Shown here piece after piece: positions 1-6,428 of a stretch of 10,761 nt of DNA. The notes below the pieces were generated by a model that made no database searches, was not told the origin of the DNA, and worked only from the letters and a program-made list of their open reading frames with translations. Within the stretch, counting starts at the first letter, position 1, and every line of letters begins with the position of its first letter. Both the position numbers and the translations under genes were made by a program. Source of the DNA: a bacterium (GTDB lineage Bacteria > Sysuimicrobiota > Sysuimicrobiia > Sysuimicrobiales > Kaftiobacteriaceae); assembly GCA_044868695.1 (NCBI GenBank), contig JBIOWP010000147.1, forward strand, positions 1-10,761, written 5' to 3'.

Positions 1-196
1 TGGACAACCAGGCCTTGGGCGAGTCGATGTTCACACTCTCGCCCTGTGCCCGATGGAAGCGCAGGAACGCTTCCTGCACGATGTCCTCAGCATCGCTCAC
101 GCTGCCCACCATCTGGTAGGCGATGGAAAACAGCAGCGGCCGGAGTCCTTCGTATACCTCTTCTCGTGGCTTGTCGGGCTTGCTCCTCACGTCCAT
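1..196 (-). CDS. sigJ: ECF RNA polymerase sigma-70 factor, ECF41/SigJ-like (N-terminal 65 aa; runs off the left edge)
   Basis: Not in the ORF track. Manual translation from ATG 196 gives MDVRSKPDKPREEVYEGLRPLLFSIAYQMVGSVSDAEDIVQEAFLRFHRAQGESVNIDSPKAWLS, open to the window edge. RPLLFSIAY-x-M-x-GS-x-x-DAEDIVQEAFLR...PKAWL is the typical sigma region 2 start of the SigJ/ECF41 group. An alternative GTG start lies at 190. Confidence 0.85.
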   Translation of the reverse strand, partial: MDVRSKPDKPREEVYEGLRPLLFSIAYQMVGSVSDAEDIVQEAFLRFHRAQGESVNIDSPKAWLS

Positions 197-209
197 CTTC
201 AACGATCAA

Positions 210-236
210 GACAATCCAGCTCTTCCGTTTGTGACA
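210..236 (-). promoter_or_regulatory. Putative ECF41-type promoter (TGTCACA-N16-TGTC)
   Basis: The minus strand reads TGTCACA (236-230), a 16-nt spacer, then TGTC (213-210), ending 13 nt before the sigma ATG. The established ECF41 consensus is TGTCACA-N16-CGTC, so there is one mismatch in the -10 box. Confidence 0.6.
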
Positions 237-363
237 TCGATCGGGAACCCCAACGCCCCGTCCGCCCCTGCCTCCGTGGCGCAAGTGACCTGCCATGAGG
301 GAAGGAACCGAACGGGAGCCGAACCGTTGCTCTCGACCTGGTGCATCGGCGATCGGCGCCTCA

Positions 364-492
364 CTACCCGGGTCGCTCGGCGGCTGCCGCCTCGCGCCAC
401 CCGGATCCAACCCACTCGACGCCGTTGCCGCCATCGAGCCTCAGGCGCAGGCTCAGCTGGGCGGCGTGGTGGTGGATGTGCCGGATGTTGTA
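364..492 (-). pseudogene. C-terminal remnant of a DinB/YfiT-family protein
   Basis: Translates as YNIRHIHHHAAQLSLRLRLDGGNGVEWVGSGWREAAAAERPG*. It contains the H-x-x-H-H-x-x-Q metal-binding helix typical of DinB-superfamily C-termini. The in-frame upstream sequence (493-591) lacks clear resemblance and is far too short for a full-length protein. Confidence 0.55.
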
Positions 493-628
493 CCGTGAAC
501 TGGAGTCTGCCGAATCGGAGGTGGCTGCCGCCGAGGCAGCCTTCGGACGCCTGCGGCAGAGGCAGGACAAGGTGAGACTTGTTGAGGTCACTCATCCGGC
601 GTACTGGCGACACTTCACGACATCAAGC

Positions 629-654
629 ACCCGCCGCAATCCATGACGGCGGGT
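629..654. terminator. GC-rich hairpin, possible terminator for the 724-2826 gene
   Basis: ACCCGCCG (629-636), 10-nt loop, CGGCGGGT (647-654): a perfect 8-bp stem about 70 nt past the stop codon. There is no convincing U-tract on either strand. Confidence 0.3.
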
Positions 655-723
655 AACAGCTCACTGCGCCAAAAACGGTGATGAACTCGTTTGGCCCGAC
701 ACCGGCGGGAAGGTGTGAGATGC

Positions 724-2826
724 CTAGAGTAACTCCGCCAGGCGGTCGGCGAGATGGTCCAGGCCGCCCTCCTTGATGGGCTGGTAGTGCACTTCGTTGT
801 TGAGCCGGCTGGCGACAGCGGAGGCCAATGCCTCGACCGAAAGCTGGCCGTATTCCGTCGGCGCAGGCCCGCCGCCCCGCTGAATCCGATACGCGACGTG
901 TTGGCTCTGGATAACGTGGCGGCGCAGTGGGACCCACACAAACGGCCGCCCCGCTTCCAGCAGCTCGAGGGCGGTTGTGCCGCCACCCCCGATCACGGCC
1001 ACATCGGCCGCCGCCAGACGGAGGTGCAGGTCGGGCATGTAGCCGTGTACCTCAACGTGGGCAGGTGCTGGCAGTCCGATAGTGCCGATCCGTGGACCCG
1101 CGGCCACGACCATCCGCAGCCCCGGCACGTGGGCCTCCAGCGCCGGCACGGCCTCGAGGCACCGCTCGATCAATCCGCGACCGAGCGCCGTCCCGCCCAC
1201 CGTCACGACGCAGACGCGCTCACCGGGCGCGTAGCCCAGTCGTTGGCGCAGGGTCGTGCGATCGTCGAGCTCGTCCGGCTCGAAGCCAGAAATCGATCCC
1301 GTCCAGGTGAACCGCTCGCGCACCCACTCCCGGATGTCGGGAAGTCCGTCACCGAAGGATCGGGCCGGAAGATCCTCGATGTCGCCCAGGAACAAGGCCC
1401 GGTCGCGAACACGCGGGTAGCGTTCCACCTGCTCGAGCATTTCCGCGTTGGCATCCCTCAGCAGGTAGCGTCGGCGATCGCTCGCATCGGCATCCGGAAG
1501 CCAGCCGACGACGTCGGTGATCCAAGCGTAGGCGAATCGCTTCAGTTCCGGATTCTCATGCAGATGGTGGTCGATCCCCCAGGCGCCGTCCGCCACGACG
1601 AGGTCGAAGGGGTCATCGCCCACGACGTCGTTGAGAATCATGAAGTCGAGGAAATGGACCTCGTCGCTGTCACGCCATGCCGCGAAGTCGTCCAGCTCAT
1701 GGTCGCCGGCGGCCTGCTCGAGGTGAACGGCGAGTGCGGGCAGCTCGGCGCTGGCAGGATGGATCATCTCGCCGTGGGAGGTCAGCACGGTGCGAGCGGG
1801 CTCGGCTGCCAGCCAGCGGACCTGCAGGTCCGGTCTCCGCCTCCGCAGGGCTTCCGCGATTTTGAGGTCTCGCCGCACAGTGCCCAGCCCGGCGCCTCCC
1901 GGGACGATCAGGATCCGGCGAGGACGCGCCTGTGCGCGCCTCCAGGTCCGGCGCCTGGGGCGCCGGGGCGCGATCTCCTCGATGAACTCGCGGATCAGCA
2001 GGTTGAAGCGGACCGGGTCGCGATTGCCCGAGCAGTGGCCGGCGCCCGCCAGAGTCACGAGGCTGCCCTTGGTCTCCTCGGCCAGCCGCTCCGCGCGGGC
2101 GTGGGGCTGGACCGCGTCACCGTCCCCGTGGACGACGAGCCAGGGGCACCTCGAACGACGGATCAGTTCGATCGCCTGCTCGGCGGTCATCGGATTAGCC
2201 CCGACCGTTTCGATCAGCGTCTCCGGCGTCGTCTCAAGACCCCAAGCGGCACAAGTGTCGATCAGATAATCCGAATGCGGTTCCGTCCACACCTGCGAGA
2301 AGAAGAACCGCAGGAAATCTGCGTAGTCCGTGCGCCAGTAGTCGGCGTTAAACTTCGCCCACCCCTGCGTGGACATGTACGGCGCGTGGAACGGTCCGAT
2401 TTCGGGGTATGCGTGGGCCGGCGCGAGTGGGAGGTTTGTGCCGCTGGCGACCGCCCCGAGGACGCGCTCGGGGTGCTCGGCGGCCAACCTCAGCAACCAG
2501 AAGGTGGCGGTCGAGCATGCGACGATGACAGCGCGCTCGGTACCGGTTGCATCCAGTACGGCCAGGGCATCCCGCACGAACTCCTCCCCGGCATAGGCCG
2601 CGCGTCCCTTCGGACGATCGGAGCGTCCGTTGCCCCGTCCGTCGAACGTCACCACTCTGTAATGCCGGGATAAGTCCACCAGCTGGAAACGACCGTGCGC
2701 GGAGTGAAGAACGGACCAGGTCGGCAGCATGAGGATGGTGACGGGCCCGCTGCCGTAGACTTCGTAGAACACACGCACGCCGTTGCGCTGCACGTAGTCC
2801 TGTACGTCGGCCTTCCGTGCTCGCAT
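724..2826 (-). CDS. Alpha/beta-fold hydrolase fused to a GT-B (GT28/MurG-C-like) glycosyltransferase domain, 700 aa
   Basis: N-terminal ~285 aa: VRVFYEVYGSG, RVVTFDGRGNGRSDRP, elbow IVACSTA, HPERV, acid HGDGD, His GAGH. An Arg-rich linker follows. C-terminal GT-B: GLGTVRRD, DLVVAD, VVTVGGT, and HGYMPDL...AADVAVIGGGGTTALE...GRPFVWVP. ATG 2826 has RBS GGAGG (2835-2831); TAG at 724-726. Confidence 0.9.
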   Translation of the reverse strand: MRARKADVQDYVQRNGVRVFYEVYGSGPVTILMLPTWSVLHSAHGRFQLVDLSRHYRVVTFDGRGNGRSDRPKGRAAYAGEEFVRDALAVLDATGTERAVIVACSTATFWLLRLAAEHPERVLGAVASGTNLPLAPAHAYPEIGPFHAPYMSTQGWAKFNADYWRTDYADFLRFFFSQVWTEPHSDYLIDTCAAWGLETTPETLIETVGANPMTAEQAIELIRRSRCPWLVVHGDGDAVQPHARAERLAEETKGSLVTLAGAGHCSGNRDPVRFNLLIREFIEEIAPRRPRRRTWRRAQARPRRILIVPGGAGLGTVRRDLKIAEALRRRRPDLQVRWLAAEPARTVLTSHGEMIHPASAELPALAVHLEQAAGDHELDDFAAWRDSDEVHFLDFMILNDVVGDDPFDLVVADGAWGIDHHLHENPELKRFAYAWITDVVGWLPDADASDRRRYLLRDANAEMLEQVERYPRVRDRALFLGDIEDLPARSFGDGLPDIREWVRERFTWTGSISGFEPDELDDRTTLRQRLGYAPGERVCVVTVGGTALGRGLIERCLEAVPALEAHVPGLRMVVAAGPRIGTIGLPAPAHVEVHGYMPDLHLRLAAADVAVIGGGGTTALELLEAGRPFVWVPLRRHVIQSQHVAYRIQRGGGPAPTEYGQLSVEALASAVASRLNNEVHYQPIKEGGLDHLADRLAELL

Positions 2827-2885
2827 ATTTCCTCCCGACGGCGGAGCAGGCCCGTGCTTAGCGCGGAGATCGTCTCAGTGGGTTT

Positions 2886-3117
2886 CTCGGCATCTCCCCG
2901 GTGGCACCTGCCGGTCCACCGCCGCCGCCCGCGGCAATTGAGTCGGCACAAGGTTACCGCTCGACGACATCGACTGCCTCTCTTCGAGGAGATGCAGCCG
3001 ATTAAATGCCCCAGAGTCTTCCCTCACCTGATCGGCCAGCTGCGGTTGACACAATTGATGGTGAGGAGGCTTCCTGCGGAGAGATGCCGAGCGAGTCCGT
3101 GAGGCGCTCGGCAATCT
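2886..3117. other. Hairpin-rich intergenic element (possible structured RNA or leader)
   Basis: Inverted repeats: 2886-2896/3081-3091 (11 bp perfect; 15 bp with one G-U on the minus strand), 2935-2944/3048-3057 (9 of 10), 2969-2982/2989-3002, 3022-3028/3060-3066, and 3085-3093/3105-3113. No credible ORF. Confidence 0.35.
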
Positions 3118-3168
3118 TGGCCCGGTCGGATGACGAGGTATCGAATCGACGGCCTGCCCGAAACGACC

Positions 3169-3206
3169 GACGCCCAGAACGCAGACGTGATCTGCGTCTG
3201 GGCGTC
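3169..3206 (-). terminator. Long hairpin immediately 3' of the tRNA (terminator or processing structure)
   Basis: GACGCCCAGA(A)CGCAGA (3169-3185), 5-nt loop, TCTGCGTCTGGGCGTC (3191-3206): a 16-bp stem with one bulge starting 5 nt after the CCA. It is followed on the minus strand only by GGTCGTTTC, a weak U-tract. Confidence 0.6.
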
Positions 3207-3211
3207 AACAT

Positions 3212-3288
<77 letters not shown>

Positions 3289-3300
3289 TCGCTATCCTCT

Positions 3301-3328
3301 ATTATACGCCCTCCGGGTCGCCGGTCAA
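3301..3328 (-). promoter_or_regulatory. Sigma70-type promoter of the tRNA gene
   Basis: Minus strand TTGACC (3328-3323), 16 nt, TATAAT (3306-3301), ending 12 nt upstream of the mature tRNA 5' end. A perfect -10 box is rare by chance in DNA this GC-rich, and 16-bp spacers are common in stable-RNA promoters. Confidence 0.82.
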
Positions 3329-3424
3329 CCGCTGGCCCACGCTGCCCGCGCCGCCAGGTGCAGGTTCTTACCGCGCTCGTGCAGAATCGCGTTCCGGTCT
3401 TCCACGTCTTGTCTGGAGCGCCTT

Positions 3425-4663
3425 GTGTCAGAGGCCCACGCATCCGCCGCCCGCCGGATCACCCACACGCTCTTCGCCGCCCAGAGCCTGGGGTCGGCCG
3501 CCTCAGTCGCCATCTTCCCGATCATCGCGATTGCCGGCGCGAAGCTGAGCGGGCACCCGAGCTGGGCCGGCGTCCCCGCAGCGGTGTATCTGCTGGGGCA
3601 GGCCCTGGCCGCCTTCGGGTGGGGGAAGGCGATGGACCGTCTGGGACGCCGCGCGGCGCTGGGCCTGGGAATGCTGGTGGGGGCCGTAGGTTCCGTGCTG
3701 ACGGCTTCGGGCATCGTGGTCCAATCCTTCGGACTGTTCCTCGCCGGCTCCGCGACGATCGGCGCGGCGATCTCGGCGGTCGCGCTGTCGCGCTTTGTCG
3801 CCGCCGAAGTGTATGCGCCGGCGCAGCGGGCGCGGGCGATCTCCAACGTGGTGCTCGGAGGGACGGTCGGCGCAATCTTCGGCCCGCTGATGGCCGGGCC
3901 GATGAGCCGTCTCGCCGGAGGGGCGGGCATCGACGAACTCGCGGGACCCTACGGGGCGTCGGCGGCGCTGTTCGCCGTCGGCGCGGTCGCGATCTTTCTT
4001 TTCCTCCGTCCCGACCCGAAAGACCTGAGCCGCCTCATCGCACCTCATGCCGTGTATCCAGCGGCGCCGGGGGAAGACGGCCGCACCATCGCGCAGATTC
4101 TCCGCGAGCGGCCGGCGCGGGTCGCCGTCACGGCGATGGTGTTCGGGCAGCTGGTCATGTCGATGCTGATGGTGATCACGCCCCTGCACATGCGCGGGCA
4201 CGAGCATCCCATCAGCAGCATCTCGTTCGTCATCTCCGCGCATGTCGTGGGAATGTATGCGTTCTCGGTCATCTCCGGCCGCCTGGCGGACCGCTGGGGC
4301 CGCAACCCGGTGATCATCTCCGGCGGCGGCGTGCTCATCCTGGCGTGCCTGGCTGCGACGCTGTCGCCCCGGGTGCTGCCGCTGTCGGTCGCGCTGTTTC
4401 TGCTCGGGCTGGGCTGGAACTTCTGCTACGTCGGGGGATCGTCGCTGCTGGCCGACCAGCTCTCGAGCCAGGAGCGGGCAAGTACGCAGGGGTTTAACGA
4501 TCTGCTGATCGGACTGGCGTCGGCTGCAGGCGGGCTCGGCAGTGGGATCGTGTTTGCCGGCGTCGGGTTCGCGGTCATGGGCCTGGTAGGCGCGGCGACC
4601 GCGCTGGTTCCCCTCTCCCTGGCGGCGCTCTGGCGGCCGCAACGCGCTCTTAGAGCAGCGTAA
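3425..4663 (+). CDS. Major facilitator superfamily (MFS) transporter, ~412 aa
   Basis: About 12 hydrophobic segments, with MFS motif A in both halves (GKAMDRLGRR, GRLADRWGRN). Start reassigned from 3230 (which overlaps the tRNA) to GTG 3425, which has GGAG at 3415-3418. TAA at 4661-4663. Confidence 0.9.
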   Translation: MSEAHASAARRITHTLFAAQSLGSAASVAIFPIIAIAGAKLSGHPSWAGVPAAVYLLGQALAAFGWGKAMDRLGRRAALGLGMLVGAVGSVLTASGIVVQSFGLFLAGSATIGAAISAVALSRFVAAEVYAPAQRARAISNVVLGGTVGAIFGPLMAGPMSRLAGGAGIDELAGPYGASAALFAVGAVAIFLFLRPDPKDLSRLIAPHAVYPAAPGEDGRTIAQILRERPARVAVTAMVFGQLVMSMLMVITPLHMRGHEHPISSISFVISAHVVGMYAFSVISGRLADRWGRNPVIISGGGVLILACLAATLSPRVLPLSVALFLLGLGWNFCYVGGSSLLADQLSSQERASTQGFNDLLIGLASAAGGLGSGIVFAGVGFAVMGLVGAATALVPLSLAALWRPQRALRAA

Positions 4664-5291
4664 TCAACCCGGCGAGGCGTTCGAGCAAGACGTCCGGCTG
4701 TTCCGCGGCCAGGACGTCGCGCGACGAAAACCCGCCCGTGACGGCCGCGGTCGCGGTTCCGGCCGCCTTCCCCATGCGGACATCTTCAATGGTGTCACCG
4801 ACGTACACGGCGCTGTCCGGCCGCACTACCAGTTGTTCCAGCGCATGCCGCAGGGGACCGGGGTGCGGTTTGAGGTACGGGGTGTCGCCGCCGCACACGA
4901 CGGCATCGAAAACTCCACCCCACCCCATCCGGTCCAGATCCCGAATCACGCGTGACCGGTCGCCCGAGGTCACCAGCCCCAGCGCATGGCCGGACTGTTT
5001 CACGAAGGCCAGGACGCCCCCGGCACCGTCGCGCGCGGCGGGCGCCTCCTGGGCGTAGTACTGGAGCCACAGCCGGTCGGCCTCGGGCCAGCGGGTCTTC
5101 GGCAGTCCCATCCGCTCGTAGAAGAGGTACCAGTTCGGAGAGTAATACCGCACGTACACGTCCTCATCGAACGCCAGCCGCAGCTCACGAAACACCCGCT
5201 CATACACGCGGAAATGCGACCGGAACGAGTCGAGCAGCGTCCCGTCGAGGTCGAACAGGACCGCGCGCGCGTGGGCCAGCGCCGAGGTCAT
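4650..5291 (-). CDS. HAD-superfamily hydrolase (phosphoglycolate phosphatase/PpaX-like, subfamily IA), 213 aa
   Basis: Motif I VLFDLDGTLLDS, motif II LVTS, motif III KPHP, motif IV YVGDTIED. Starts 9 nt after the permease stop. Confidence 0.92.
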   Translation of the reverse strand: MTSALAHARAVLFDLDGTLLDSFRSHFRVYERVFRELRLAFDEDVYVRYYSPNWYLFYERMGLPKTRWPEADRLWLQYYAQEAPAARDGAGGVLAFVKQSGHALGLVTSGDRSRVIRDLDRMGWGGVFDAVVCGGDTPYLKPHPGPLRHALEQLVVRPDSAVYVGDTIEDVRMGKAAGTATAAVTGGFSSRDVLAAEQPDVLLERLAGLITLL

Positions 5292-5300
5292 CGCCGCGCC

Positions 5301-6428
5301 TCAGTCTATCTTCTTTTGGAAGCGCACGATCGCAATAGTGAAGACGACAGTTCCGAGCACGACGAGCGGGATGATCTGGCGCCAGAGGAAGGCGAACCCC
5401 ACGCCCTTGATCACAATGCCGCGCAGCACGGTCACGTAGTGCGTCAGTGGCAGGGCCAGGCCGACCCACTGCAGGGCCACGGGCAGCGATTCACGCGGGA
5501 AGAGGAACCCCGAGATGAGGATGCTGGGCAGCAGGGTGATCTGCGACAACTGGAGCGCCTGCTGGAAATTCTTCGACACTGTGGAAATGAGCGTGCCGAT
5601 GCCCAGAGAAGAGAAGAAGAACGCCAGGGTCAGCGTGTACAGGAGCAGCAGGCTCCCTTTGACCGCCACCCCGAACCACAGCCAGGACAGCAGGAGGATA
5701 AACGTCATGTTGATATAGCCCAGGCCGATCAGCGGGATGACCTTGCCCAGCATGAGCTCCGCGGGCTGGATCGGCGTCACGACGAGCTGCTCCAGCGTGC
5801 CCAGTTCCCGTTCGCGCACGATCACGCTGATGCTGAGGAACGTGGTGACGAACTGCATGATTACGGCCAGGACGCCGGGGACGATGAAGACCTGAGACCT
5901 TAGGTCCGGATTGTACCAGGCCCGCGTGCGCACCTCCACCGGCGGCGGGGGTATCGAAAACCCTCGGCGCTGGACCGTTTCGACGAGCAGATCCTGCGAG
6001 AGCCGTGCGCCGACTCCGGCCGCCACGGAGAGCACGACGCGCGCGCTGGTGGCGTCGGAGGCGTCGACGACGACCATGATCTGGGCCGGCCGCCCGGCCC
6101 GGACCTCCCGGCCGTAGTCGGGCGGGATGACCAGGCCGATCTTCGCCTGCCCTCCGTCCATCCGGGACTCAATCTCCCGCAGGCCTCCAGCATACCCGCG
6201 GACGGCAAAGTACCGGGTGTTCTCAAACGCCTGGACCAGGGTCCGGCTTTCCGCGGACTGCGACTGATCCCAGACGACCGTCGGCTGGTGCAGGACCTCG
6301 TTGGACAGGTACCCATATAGGATGAGCTGCGTGACCGGCATCATGATGATCGACGCCAGCGTGCGGCGGTCGCGCACGATCTGCACGACCTCCTTGCGGA
6401 TGATGCTGCGGATCCGCTGCCAGTTCAC
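5301..6428 (-). CDS. ABC-2 type transporter permease (YbhR/YbhS-like), 375 aa
   Basis: IIRKEVVQIVRDRR start, one TM plus a large extracytoplasmic domain, WYNPDL, VRERELGTLEQLVVTP, and LISGFLFPRESLP...LPLTHY. GTG start overlaps the upstream TGA (GTGA). Confidence 0.93.
   Translation of the reverse strand: MNWQRIRSIIRKEVVQIVRDRRTLASIIMMPVTQLILYGYLSNEVLHQPTVVWDQSQSAESRTLVQAFENTRYFAVRGYAGGLREIESRMDGGQAKIGLVIPPDYGREVRAGRPAQIMVVVDASDATSARVVLSVAAGVGARLSQDLLVETVQRRGFSIPPPPVEVRTRAWYNPDLRSQVFIVPGVLAVIMQFVTTFLSISVIVRERELGTLEQLVVTPIQPAELMLGKVIPLIGLGYINMTFILLLSWLWFGVAVKGSLLLLYTLTLAFFFSSLGIGTLISTVSKNFQQALQLSQITLLPSILISGFLFPRESLPVALQWVGLALPLTHYVTVLRGIVIKGVGFAFLWRQIIPLVVLGTVVFTIAIVRFQKKID

Noticed and set aside
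698..720. Second ECF41-like motif, TCTCACA...TGTC, on the minus strand
   Set aside because: The spacer is 12 nt instead of 16 and the -35 box has a mismatch.
754..2673. 639-aa plus-strand ORF antisense to the hydrolase-GT fusion
   Set aside because: Shadow ORF expected from GC-rich codon bias on the opposite strand. It has no recognisable motifs, whereas the minus frame has clear domains.
2865..3040. TPP-riboswitch-like words (CTGAGA, ACCTGATC, AATGCC)
   Set aside because: They occur on different strands or in the wrong order, so the aptamer cannot be assembled.
3046..3075. Perfect TTGACA on the plus strand
   Set aside because: No -10-like hexamer 16-18 nt downstream, and it would point antisense into the tRNA.
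3002..3211. 69-aa minus ORF containing DRAKIAERLTDSLG, faintly like addiction-module antitoxins
   Set aside because: It starts at the tRNA 3' end, runs through the hairpins, has no RBS and no toxin partner. The resemblance is too short to support.
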